Source: Azolla caroliniana
Lineage: Eukaryota > Plantae > Polypodiophyta
Direction: 5' to 3'
Length of the DNA: 64,000 nt
NCBI GenBank assembly: GCA_043228905.1
Contig: JBHGNT010000015.1
Location: 13,454,001-13,518,000 of the forward strand
Both the position numbers and the translations under genes were made by a program. The notes beneath the pieces were generated by a model that was not told the origin of the DNA, did not search any database, and saw only the letters and a list, made by a program, of their open reading frames with translations. This document shows positions 37,098-49,262 of this stretch, in pieces. Position 1 is the stretch's first letter. Every line of letters begins with the position of its first letter.

Positions 37098-39937
37098 TTG
37101 CTCACAAGCCCTCTCTTGTCCTCGGAGCCCCTCTGCCGCACCACAACCATCTCCTTCCCTCACTCTATCTTGGCCTGGTCTCATCCTCCTTCCCCAATCA
37201 TCCACACAGCAGAACCCCGAGTCCATTATGCCTCTTGCAGCTTCACAGGAAACCCGCTTCTGGCTTCAGGAATGAGGATTTGGGTGGTTATTTAAAGGTG
37301 ATCGATGCCCCTACACACCCTGATGCCCAAGCAGTTGCACGCCAAATCCACTCGGACACAGTCACCAACAATATGATTCGTGCTGCCTTGGACCTGAAGC
37401 GAGGAGGTGATCATGAAATAGAGATTCCCCCTTCCATGACCCTGAAGGAATACTTTGGTGCATATTCCATATCTGGTAAGGCCTATCGCACCTACGGTGG
37501 ATCCAACAAGGCATTCGGAGAAATCGCTCCCATCCTGATGGAGTACGCGTTCGTGCATACCAACCCTACAAGTATGCCACAGAACAAAGTGGTGATCATT
37601 ATCAGTGCATACGAGGGAAACAAAATCGATTGGGGAATCATCGTAGGTGAAGGAGTCTGTGCGGTGCTCAAATCCTTCCAAACCGGTAAGCGTTTGTTGC
37701 TTGTGATCAATCACTTCCTCACAGTCCTCTACCCACCTCCTTCGGTTTCCCCTCGTCGCATCCTGACCTCTCCACCACCACCAAGGAAACAACGGGAGAA
37801 GATTTTGGCGATAACCCAGGAAGAATGGGAAGACCCCTCGCCTTCTCCACCTCCCTCGGGCGTTCGGAACCCCACTTCAGCCTCGGCACCACCCCCACCA
37901 AAAACACAGAAACAACGGGTGGTAATAGCAATGGGATGAGGCCGACCAGCCCATACCCGAGAATGTCACCATACGCCAGAAACCACCAAGGACATCAATG
38001 ACCTCTCCACAACCGAGCCCACATCCCATATGAGTTAATGGATTTCCTCGCGCGCACCCAAGTAGTTGTCGCCGCTCGTATGGCCGAGGAGCACACCGAA
38101 ACAAAGATGATCCAACGCACTCTAATGGGAGAAATCGAACCTCACGAAGATCGAGCCTTACAGAAGATAGGACGGAAGAAGCAAGTACAGAATGCTTTGC
38201 TCCTCATGGAACTACCAGATCTGAACAAGGCCTTAGTCGAGGCATATCGCAATCTGCACCACACTACTCGGGCAACTAAGGACATGGCCCGATGTATCAA
38301 AATGGTGCATTAACAAGCCAAACGGGCTACCGAGCTATGGCAAGACACCAAGGAGAAACTGGCAACATTCAAGCAGCAACATCCCGAACAACCACCCTTA
38401 AGCCTCCCTGCGCCGAGTGACACTGTCTCACCAGCCACTCTTCCGAACCCGAGCCTGAGTGTTGAAGGTACCAACACACACAAAGACGACAACGGCCACC
38501 CCAAGGTAGCCACGGTCGAGGCCAACACAATGACGGACTCGGTACAAACAAGTGAGCCATCATCACGGGCAGATATCAACCCGCACCCCCAAACCAGCCA
38601 AGCCTCCATGCAAACGCCATCACCCCCGGTCGTCATGGAACCATCTACACAGACAGACAGGGAACCCTCTCCCCGAATCCAACAAGCGGCAACCCAGATA
38701 GGGCCTCCCCTTCGGGACTACCAGGAGGAGCTTAAGGCCCATATCGCTTTGGCCGAGTTGGCAGAACAAAACCACAACAACCTTCTTGGCCAACTACGGG
38801 AACAAGCCGTGAGCCGCGAAGCGGACCTCAAGTGACTGTTTGCCGAAAGGTCGGTTGCACTTGAAGAACGAGAACGAGAGGTGATGACCCTTCAGGTCTC
38901 TATCACTGAGGCCAAAGACCGTTTCATCAAAGAAGCCAAGCGGAATAGCCAACAAGAACAAGAGCTCTTCGAGGACAACCAAGAAGTACGACGTCGTCAA
39001 AGAGCCTTACAAGACATGGCCAACGAACATATGCAAAAATGGAGGATCTCGGAAGAGCAAAGGGCAAAAATTTCCGATGCGTATCACCAGTTGCAAACCG
39101 AGCACATCGCCTCCAGAGAACAACATTGGGATGCTTGGCGATAGGACATGGACGAAACTGTAGCTCAGCTCACCACATGCTATAAGTAGACAATCGCGCT
39201 CATCACTGAGAAAGCAAAGGATAATCAAGCTACTTTAGCACTCCTCGTCTGCAAAAGCCAAGCAGAAGCCAAGGCCACAAGGGAGGAAATGGAAGTTCAC
39301 CGCGCTAGCATCGGCATGGACGATACTAAAATCAAGATCCTAATCAACAAGTATCGCCAACAATTCACCACGAGGATCAAAGAAACGCTTGACCATGTCT
39401 GGCAGGAGTGGTCAGCCCAAGCCGCGGACCTACACATACTACGCGCGGATACCGAGAACCGACAGAAGGAGGGCCGAGGGTTTTACAAGATGGATGACAC
39501 CAGCATCCAGACCCTCCGCGAGGACTTAATGGAGGAATATCATGCCTTAGCAGCTTCCCACACCGCAGCCATCGAGCAACTCTTAGATGAATTCCACAAC
39601 GATCTACTGGTGTTTTGCTTAGAAGCCGAAGCGTACGAGGAGGAACGACTCACTACCGGGATTAACTGAGTTCCCACCACCACCGAGCAAGGACCCGAGT
39701 CAACCACCACGGCAGCTCGACCAGAGGAACCTGCCCCTACAGACCTCCACATCCCACCGGAGCCACAGACTATAACCCTGACCCTACCTGAACCGGTTCC
39801 AACAGAGGAGGCCGCACACATCAGCACAACCATCCCCGACTCGGCAACACAACCTCCATCACTGACCCCACCTACCGAGCAACCAGACCAACCCCACGCC
39901 CCCGAGGATATCCTCGGCATATTGGAAGAGGAATAAA
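37098..39937 (+). pseudogene. Extra ORF of gypsy E between integrase and 3' LTR, fragmented, function unknown
   Basis: Consecutive sense ORFs 37098-37295, 37235-37939, 38038-38313, 38530-38835, 38881-39144 and 39289-39669 with Pro-rich linkers and E/Q/K/R-rich helical stretches. Start approximate. Confidence 0.7.
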
Positions 39938-42677
39938 ACCAACCTATAAGCCCTCGTAGGACCGGGCAATTTTTGTAATTTGTGTTGTTTTGCCAAATCC
40001 ATGGTGAGCCGTGGGTCCGACTGACAAAGTCTTGTCCCACGGGCGTGCCAGGTGTTGTCCATAGGCCAGAAAAATAAATATATTATGTAAACTTGCCGTT
40101 AAGTAGAAGAGTAGGTGAGGAAGGTAGAGTTTAGGAAAACGCCGAGTTTCGAGCCTCACAGTAAGTCGACGGCTCAGCTCTGTATGAAGAAAAAGTAGAT
40201 AAACCGAGGTCTACGTACCTCGGCAGGGGGGATACCTAGATCATTCAGAGCGAAAGTAATATCATAGGAGCAAGCTCTGTATGTACTATTTCCGGTTGAG
40301 GCCGAGTACTGTAATCACTATAAGCTTTATCATGGAATATAAGTTTCGTCTTTTCTAAACTTCTATCTATGTATTCTCCCCGTATTTGTAAATCGGGTTG
40401 CGTTCATACTTAACGGGTTGTAGCCCGTTTACGATCCTTGTTCTCCTCTCTTTTTCCCCGTGTAGAAGAAGCTTCCACGTAACACGATCCCTTGACACTG
40501 ATAGCCTGTAGGCTCATCGAAGGTGTTTTCCAAAGGAATGGATAACAGATGCCACAAAGCCTTTCGGTTGCTCCATATAAATTTCCTCCTCAAGATCACC
40601 ATGGAGGAAAGCCGTTTTGACATCTAGCTGAATCAACTCCAGATTTTCGGTTGCTACTACGCCGAGCATGAATCGAAGGGTTGTCATCTTCACCATGGGC
40701 GAAAAGATTTCGTCGAAGTCGACACCGTGTTCTTGTCGAAAACCCTTTGCTACTAATCTGGCTTTGAGTTTTGGGTTGGCCGAATCGGACGTCTCCTTAA
40801 TTTGATAGACCCATTTGCACGGAAGAGCACGTCGATTTTTCGATAATTCGACCAGGTCCCAAGTCTTGTTTGCGTGAATGGAGTTCATTTCGGACTACAT
40901 TGTCAGATGCCAGGTGGCCGAATCGGTTGATGCCGATGCTTCTTCGTATAACGTCAGTTCTTCGGCGTCCGTAAAGAAAATGCTAGGAGAGTATCTCTCC
41001 AGGGGTTGCGACAGTCTCTCGGATCTTCGAGGTATGACTGAACTAGTCACATCGGGTGTCGTGGTTGGATGGTTCAAAGCCGAATCGTTCGGTTGTGCCG
41101 AGGCGAAATTCTCCGAGTCAGTGTTAGAAGGTTCAGCTACCCGTGAAGTTGACCATGTGTTGTGCGTTGGGCCTTCGTGAAGGGTTGGCACATTGGAAAA
41201 AATTACCCTTCGGACTTCCATCGGCTTTTCGACTGATTGATGCATGGCCGACTCATTGAACATGACGTCTAAACTTCGGACGATCTGTCTGTGTTCGGGG
41301 TCCTAGAGTCGGTATCCCATTTCACTATTTGTTCCATAACCGAGGAAAATACATTTCCTGGACCTTGGTGCAAGTTTGCGGTGATCATCTTTCGGGATGA
41401 GGGCGTATGCCTCGCATCTGAAAATCCTCAGCTTGTCGTAATTCGTCTTATTGCCGGTCCATAGTTCGTGAGGGATCTGAAGTCCTAGAGGCCTACTCGA
41501 CGACATATTGGTTATGTGTATTGCCGTAAGTAGGGCCTCTGCCTAGAAGCCATCTGACAGTCCAGAGTGTTCGAGCATGGAAACTATCCTTTCTTGAAAT
41601 GTCTGATTCATTCACTCGGCAATTCCATTCTGCTCCGGACTATGAGGTGTCGTAAATTCGCGTTGTCGGCAAAATTTGACGAATTCCTCTTATTTGAACT
41701 CTCCCTCGTTATCAGACCGAAAGCTTTTCAGTTTTTGGTCGAACTGATTCTCAACCATGGCGAGCCAATCGGAAAATATCGAGAAAGCATGATCTTTGGT
41801 TTTGATCGGATAAGCCCACACCTTGCGAGTCGAGTCATAAATGAAGCTGATGAAATAAAATGCACCGCCGAGAGATTGATATGGCATAGGATCACATACA
41901 TCCGAGTGGACCAAATCAAGTGGACTCGATTCTCTCGGGGCAGATGAAGGGTGTGTTATGGCTATTTGCTTGCCGTATTGGCAATGCTCGTAGAACTGAT
42001 GATGTGAGAAGGAGAGTTTGTGGATGTATCCGGCTCTAGATAAGTGCGTGATGCCGGTCTTGTGAGGTGTCTAAGTCCTCCGTGTCAGAGTGATGACACG
42101 GGAATGTCAACCAAAAACATGTCACCCTCTCTATGTGTGACGTGCAAAGGATACAATGAGTGTATCTTTGGTCCTCGAGCAAGCAGGAGGTTCCCTCTGT
42201 GGAGCGTCCACCCTCCTTATAAGAAGCCGGCACGAATGTCGTCTTCATCCAATTATCCGACTGAGATCAGTGGTCTTGAGAGCTCAAGTACATGTCGGAC
42301 ATTGCGTCGTACTAATGTAGAGCCACTTGCGAGGTAGAGCTCTATTGTGCCGATTCCAATTATGTCGTAGTGTTGCGAATTTCCTACTCGAACTCAGTCA
42401 GAATGTCGGGCCGTGTATTGCCGAAATTGGGATCGATGAGGAGTCACATGAAAGGACGCACCCAAATCTAAGAGCCACGTGCTCAATTCTTCAGTCGTAA
42501 GCAGAACTTCTGATTCGACTGCGTTCTCAATTGATAGTATATTCGGGTCGTTTGTCAATACTTCAGCCGAAGAGCCGATGTAGGTGATCTCCTCATATCG
42601 GCCACTCTTCTGCTCAGCTTGCTGAGCCTGATTGTTTTTGGCCTTGAGTGCACGACAATCGGTTTTGATGTGTCCAA

Positions 42678-43411
42678 GTTTCTTGCAGTAGTTGCAGACT
42701 CGATTATCCCGGGACTTGCTCCGACTTCACTGATTGTTCGGCTACCGTGAGTAACTTCTTCCACGACTGTTCGATCGGTCGGTCGAACCTTGTACTACAT
42801 AAGTAAATGATTTTCTCCGAGCTGCTTCAGTCAGAATTGCACTCGTGATTGAGGAGTACTTAATGGCAGCTGTCGACGCATTGCACACAGTTGTAACAAA
42901 AGTTTTCGGGTTTCTTGCAGTAGTTGCAGACTCGATTATCTCGGGACTTGCTCCGACTTCGCTGATTGTTTGGCTACCGTGAGGAACTTCTTCCACGACT
43001 GTTCGATCGGTCGGTTGAACCTTGTATTGCGTAAGTGTTGTTGGCTGAATCGTTAGCAAACGATTTTCTCCGAGCTGCTTCAGTCAGAATTGCACTCGTG
43101 ACTAAGGAGTACTTAACGACAAATGTCGACGCATTGCACACGGCTGTAACGAAAGTTTTCGGGTTTCTTGCAGTAGTTGCAGACTTGATTATCTCGGGAC
43201 TTGCTCCGACTTCGTTGATTGTTTGGCTACCGTGAGGAACTTCTTCCACAACTGTTCGATCGATCGGTTGAACCTTGTACAGCGTAAGTGTTGTTGGCTG
43301 AATCGTTAGCAAACGATTTTCTCTTAACTGCTTCAGTCAGAATTGCACTCGTGACTAAGGAGTACTTAACGGCAGCTGTCGACGCATTGCACACGGTTGT
43401 AACGAAAGTTT
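42678..43411 (-). repeat. Tandem triplication of a 232-253 bp gag segment in copia D
   Basis: GTTTCTTGCAGTAGTTGCAGACT starts at 42678, 42910 and 43163. The ORF track repeats TFVTTVCNASTAAVKYS...QGSTDRSNSRGRSS. Confidence 0.9.
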
Positions 43412-44459
43412 CCCACAAGGGAGGGAGACTACTCATGAGCAGCATTGCTTTTAGTTCATCCTTGATAATTGTCCCCTGGGCCGAAATTTGGGAGCTTAAG
43501 CTTTCGTACTCATTCAGGTGTGCCTGGACCGAGTCAAACTCTTTCATACGAAGGTTATAAAGGTGCCGATTCAGGTATATTTGGTGCCGACGACCTTCTT
43601 TTCGTAAGTGTCTGAAAGTGTCTTCCATAGTTGGAAGGAAATCGAACACGATTGCACCGTGAAGTACATAGACTCCGATAGGTGCATCCGAATGGTGGCT
43701 TGGACGATTCAGTCGAGCTTTTCCCATTAAAGCGACTTGTATCCTTTTGGAGGGTCTTCATTCTCAATGGGGTCAATTTGCCCCTTGACTAATAGATAGT
43801 CTTGCATCTGCTCCTTCTAGAAGTTGAAGTTCGATCTGTCGAACTTCTGTAGACTCATCTCTGACGAGCCGGATGTTGAAGCCATCTGTGTTGGTATAAT
43901 AGACTTTGTTTGGAGTTAACTACGACCTGTGGTGGAGTGCAGCAGGTTGGCTCACTCAATGTCGTTGTCGTGTGATTCTTCACACACGATATGAAAAATA
44001 GTGAAATAATTAATTTAAAGTAGCTTAATGGCTTGGTATAAAAAGATGGACGTCCTCATGAGCTTCCGAATACATTTTACTACATATAAAACGAACAACT
44101 AAGTATCAAGTTATGCGAGTGTGAAGTTTGAGAAGAAGAAGAGGAAAATAGAACTTTAAGATATCCCACATAGATAGGAAACTTTTGGATTCAGCACTAT
44201 ATAACTAGACCGAGAACCATTAGTTTATATCTATGTGTTAAGAGTATAGAAGGAATTGGTTGAACTTGGGCTACTCTATCCAGATGGATTGATGTGGCTT
44301 AACTACATGTAATGGTTTTGGCAACGGAATCGAGACGGACCAAATAGTGTCGTGAAAATCCATCATTATGTGCGGATCATGAGGCGGAACCGCCAGGGTT
44401 ATGGACGGGAAGGAAATAGGGCTCACATGCACAACACAAGGAAGTTTTACACAAACAAG

Positions 44460-46435
44460 GCACGAGTATTCGAACGCATTTGTGAAAAGGAGAGGTGCAT
44501 GGGCAAGCCTGAATCAAACCCTAGTCACAAGGTGAACAAATGCACGTGAGAAAGGCTTACACAAGGAAAATGCTTACTTACACACATGAGAGACAAAGTT
44601 TCGAACGCGTTTGTGAAAAGGAGATGTGCATGGGCAAGCCCGAATCAACCCCTAGTCACAAGGCGAATGAATGCACGTGAGAAAGGCTTACACATGGACA
44701 CACAAGACACGAAATTTTGAATGCCTTTGTGAAAGGAGAGGTGCATGGGCAAGCCTGAATCAACCCCTAGTCACAAGGCGAATGAATGCACGTGAGAAAG
44801 GCTTACACATGGACACACAAGACACGATAGTTTGAATGCCTTTGTGAAAGGAGAGGTGCATGGGCAAGCCCGAATCAACCCCTAGTCACAAGGCGAATGA
44901 ATGCACGTGAGAAAGGCTTACACATGGACACACAAGACACGAAAGTTTGAATGCCTTTGTGAAAGGAGAGGTGCATGGGCAAGCCCAAAACGCTCCCTTG
45001 TCACAAGACACACAAACAAACAAGCACAAATGACAATAACATATAAGACACGTAAGTTTGAATGCCTTTGTAAAAGGAGAGGTGCATGGGCAAGCCCGAA
45101 AAGCTCCCTTGTCACAAGACACACAAACAAAAAAGCACAAATGATGATAACATATACGATACGTAAGTTTGAATGCCTTTGTAAAAGGAGAGGTGCATGG
45201 GCAAGCCCGAAACGCTATCGTGAAGATTTTCGGCAATAGTGTGAAAATCCCATAAAACGTACGAAATCGAGTATGAATCACATAATACAATAATTGTGAA
45301 GATAACATTTTAAATAAATTTAATATCTAAGTACAAAATGATGGAGGTTTCGAATGCACTTTATTACACGAGAAACAGACAACTAAATGTCAAGATATGA
45401 GGGTATAAAGTTTGTGAAAGGAAAAGAGAAAATCGTGAGATATCCCACATAGGCACGACAAATACGGCCCTCATCATATATAAGGTAGAGCAAAAGATAT
45501 TATCTTTGTGTCTATGTGTGGAGCATAGAGAGTTCAAGGTAACTTGAACTAAGAGTGGAGGTGGGCTAGCTACTCGTAAAGGGTTTTGGTTGGCCAACCA
45601 AAACCAGACCGGCGATGGAGCCGGTGATCCGATGAGGCACCGGTAACCGACGGCATCCGGCGACGGTATCCGGCGAACCGGTGACTAGATAAATAAATAT
45701 ATAAATATATATACATATTTACATATACAAGGAGGGCAAGTAAGGATTCAAACCTTGCACCTCCAAGTTAGGAGTCAATTGGCTTACCATTAAGCCATGC
45801 TATTTAGTTGAAATTATATTTCTATCATTGTAGTTTTACATGTAAATTTTCATACATGAGAGCTAAAATGAGTGACATGGTTATCATGCACCACATGTAA
45901 TACATAAGCGCCAAATGGCAAACATGCAATTTATGCATGTCTTGTACCCTCACATGCATCATATGCATGAGAGCATCTATAAAAGAGGGAAGGGGGAGGA
46001 GAAAAAACACAGTTTTTTTTTATGAAATTAAGAAGAAGAAATTCGTTATCAAATTGATGGTGTAACTTGTTTCTTAAATCCAAAAATTAAAAGTTCAATC
46101 AATCTCTCTCAATCGTGTAATCTCAACTTCTCTCTTTCCCAATCTATCTTAAGTACTTTCTCGCTAAAGCTTGCGCCAAAGCTTGTATCGACTTTGAATC
46201 CTTCCGGTCCAGAACCCCGGCGGTTCCGCCTCACGATCCGCGCGTAGTGACGGATCTTCACGACAACGCTCCCTTGTCACAAGACACACAAACAAAAAAG
46301 CACAAATGATGATAACATATAAGATACGTAAGTTTGAATGCCTTTGTGAAAGGAGAGGTGCATGGGCAAGCCCGAAACGCTCCCTTGTCACAAGACACAC
46401 AAACAAATAAGCACAAATGACAACATATAAGACAT
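44460..46435. repeat. About 111-130 bp tandem array, two unit subtypes, split by a solo LTR
   Basis: Core GGAGA(G/T)GTGCATGGGCAAGCC at about 44489, 44620, 44735, 44850, 44965, 45077, 45187 and 46352. Confidence 0.9.
45216..46265 (+). mobile_element. Solo LTR of family F, opposite orientation to 17362-18567
   Basis: Reverse complement of the F LTR, T(A)TCGTGAAGAT...ATCTTCACGACA, TSD ACGC at 45212-45215 and 46266-46269. Confidence 0.93.
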
Positions 46436-48805
46436 GTAGGTGAAACCAAACATTCGTTTATTACAATATAATAGATTCTTTTATAAAATAAGAATCAATT
46501 CTAGAACGGGTTTGATAAGAATATGAGAGATCATTTATAAAGGAAGGGGGAAGATAGGTGGAGGAAAGAAGAGAGTGGAATATAGAAGAAGGTGATTCTT
46601 TGTTGACGATGCCTCTCGATGTTGTTGATCCTTCTTCTTTTGCCTTCTAATTGAGTAGAGCTTCTGTGTTGCTTCTCCCTCCCCCTCTTCTTTAATAGAA
46701 TAGGCTCTTATTTATTGGTTTAGGATTGCTTGCCTTTTTCCCCTAAAAAAAACTTGTTTATATGAGTCGACTTTTCTTTTCCTCACTATTTCTGTTTATT
46801 AGCCCCAAATTTCACATGCAAGATATTCTTGGAAAGCCCTTTAGGTTAGCTTTCTTATGCATCTTTTCTTTTCTAATTTGGACATTATGAGCTTTTTTCT
46901 CTACTGTACTCCTCATATCCACGCGTGCTTCTTTTTTTTTTCTCTCTCTCCATCTTTTTCTCTACTTTTGAAAACTGCCTCTAACTTAATAATCATCATT
47001 ATTTATTGTAAGGTTCAATCCTTTGACCTTTTATTTATAAGAAATTATCTTTGGCAAAATGAAAAAGTATTTTTCGCTACCAATAAAGTTGACTTCACAA
47101 TACTATTTTGCTTCTTTTCGAGGGTGGTTTCACACTATGTGTTAGAAACATCACGACAACGGATTGGGCTGGATGGAACCGAAACCGAAACCGAAACCAG
47201 ACAGATCGGGCCGGATGCGGACAGAACCGGGACCTGATGGACGGACGACGACAAAACCAGACTGGATGGATGGACAATGGCGGAACCAGATGGCCATGGA
47301 ACCGAAACCGAAACCGGACGGATCGGATGGGCCGGATGCAACCAGACGTATCAGATGGACGACGGTCGAGAAGGACGGATAATGCACGGGCCAAACTTTA
47401 CGGATCATGCGGCGAACTAAAGTAAAGGTCATGTGAACGCATGCAACTAAGCATGGAGACCATGCAACTAAAGTAAACGTCATGTGGATGCATGCAACTG
47501 AATGTGGAGCCCATGCAACTAAAGTAAACGCCATGTGAGACGCATGCAATGGAACTGGAGAGGCAAAAACTGAAGTTCCTTCATGCAAGTGTATTTTTTC
47601 GGGGGGAAATAAAGGAAAAATCTATCTCTCGAGGGGAATGGAGAATCCATCTCTCAAGGAAGCCGAAAACCCTAATTTTCTTATCGAAGCCATATCTCAC
47701 AAAGCCTAAACTTTTGTAATCCCAATCATGGGATTGATTATGATTTTTCTTTTCCTTTGATAATGAAAAATATCAAATTTTCTGATTTTTGTTAATTCTT
47801 AATACATAACGCACGAATCTGATATCCTCTGGTTGAAGGCCCCGGGGTCCTGCCTCAAGTTCACGTGTCTTTGTCGTATTTTTGCGACATCGTTCTAGCT
47901 GAAGTTGTACACAAGTCATGTCAATTACGAATATCGATGAATACTGTTCGGAGTGACTACTGTCAACAGACTTAGTCCAATTGAGCTCGGATTTGATGAT
48001 TCGATTCTTTCTGAAATTTCTCAACATGGATTATATGCAATACTCTAGGCCGATCCTGTTTCGGTTAACTGCAGCGATGAGAGGGACGGATCTGACTAGT
48101 CCTCTCGAATGTCGTTCAGTCGAATGAAACACAGATTGGGGTTGCCCTTGGAGTCATGTTTGCTTCAGGTGACTACGACATATAGGAGAGTAGTGTTAGA
48201 TGACCTATCTGATTTCCGCCTGGTCGAGCGAAGCAGCGAATTGGCCTAGTCGAGATAGAAGTCTCACTTCGAGCGGCTACGATCGTAGAACCAATAGTGA
48301 TCTAGAACAATGGAGTGCCGACTTCGTCACGTTTCTCTTTGTGAAGAACGGTCTTGTTGTAGGTTGCCTTTCGAGATCATCTAAGATCTTCGGGATACAC
48401 AAAGGAGAGTTGTCAATGGAGACTACATAGAAGGCGGCAATAGAATCAAACAGAAAACCAAGCTCTGATACCAAATGTTGGAATCACCGCCATCTAATGC
48501 GGAACTTAGTCGACTCTCTCTATTTGAAGATCGTAAGATTATATACAAACGAGAAAGACCAATGGCAACATGAGCCGAAAACAAGATGCAACAAGTACGT
48601 AACAAAGAGTTTGAGACAGGTAGGTCCAATGTCAATGAAGTTTATTTCAACTTAAAGCAACCACGACTAACTAGGTTACAAAGCTAGTTTATATACTGAC
48701 TGACTTAGGGCAATTCCCCTTCTCACTATTTACATAAATAGCCTAAGCCTAGTGTGTACAAAAGGAGACCGTGTGAATACGTCCATTAGAAGCCCGTATT
48801 CAACA

Positions 48806-49262
48806 CCAAGGGCTTTCATGAAGATGTCGGCCGTTTGAAGATTTGTGTTGATGTGTAGAAGATCAACATCTCCAGCCTGAACACGCTCTCGAATGAAGTG
48901 ATAATGTACTTTGATATGCTTCGTGCGTGTGTGAAACACCGGGTTTCGAGCCAGATAAATACTGCTCATGTTGTCACAGTAAAGGGGAGTCAGATGCTTG
49001 ATGGGAACGCACAGATTCTTCAAAATCCCTCTTGAGCGACGATCAGCTACTTCTTGCTACTCTAAGATATTGCTCCGCTATCGAGCGAGAAGAAAAATCG
49101 ACTGTCCAATCGGCCTTGTCGTCAACCATTTGGTCGGGCCGACTAGTCAGTCGTGTCTTCGACTTGGGTCACCTTTTATATTGTCGACTCCCCCTTGTCT
49201 TCGAATGTTGACACTTGGCCCAACCAATCGGCGACTCCCATAGGAGGGACATATTCCTAACA
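48806..49262 (-). mobile_element. Remnant of an older copia (RNase H fragment plus LTR-like end) into which D inserted
   Basis: Minus-strand LYCDNMSSIYLARNPVFHTRTKHIKVHYHFIRERV...ADIFMKALG is cut by D's LTR. Right end reads TGTTAGGAATATG on the minus strand. Confidence 0.7.

Larger units (their letters stand above)
16953..40547 (+). mobile_element. Non-chromovirus Ty3/gypsy element E with 3' extra ORF; hosts F and A2/A3
   Basis: 5' LTR 16953-17361 plus 22831-22916, 3' LTR 40053-40547, TSD GATGA/GATGC. PBS TGGCACGCCCGGT at 22922-22934. gag 22991-24680, protease IIDDGSGVN, RT FLDGFSGYNQI, RNase H, integrase [15 protein letters not shown] to about 36697. No chromodomain or additional RNase H seen. 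Confidence 0.94.
44348..47158. mobile_element. Solo-LTR-like unit G with internal tandem array; hosts an F-family solo LTR
   Basis: TGTCGTGAAAAT...ATCACGACA. Flanks ATAG and ACGG, a possible decayed TSD. Confidence 0.65.
43966..47889. mobile_element. Solo-LTR-like unit H (distant relative of F LTR) in the leader of copia D; hosts G
   Basis: TGTCGTG...TTGCGACA with TSD TCGT at 43962-43965 and 47890-47893. Shares motifs with the F LTR (GATATCCCACATAG, TCTATGTGT, GCTACTC, GGTTTTGG). Confidence 0.85.
16460..48805 (-). mobile_element. Ty1/copia element D (minus strand), split by nested E and H; 3' part not in window
   Basis: 5' LTR 48476-48805, PBS as GCTCTGATACCA at 48462-48473, gag ATG at 43885, IN/RT 42400-40548. 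RT continues at 16952-16460 (EQPKGFVAS|[20 protein letters not shown]...VPYAPVVGS). Confidence 0.92.

Noticed and set aside
16953-40547. Element E being minus-oriented because a PBS-like sequence reads on the minus strand beside the right LTR
   Set aside because: gag, pol and the extra ORF are all on +, and a PBS follows the left LTR. The right-hand motif is reported as a finding instead.
44460-46435. CRISPR-like repeat/spacer appearance
   Set aside because: The 'spacers' are themselves repeated, the context is a eukaryotic TE, and there are no cas genes. It is a tandem array.
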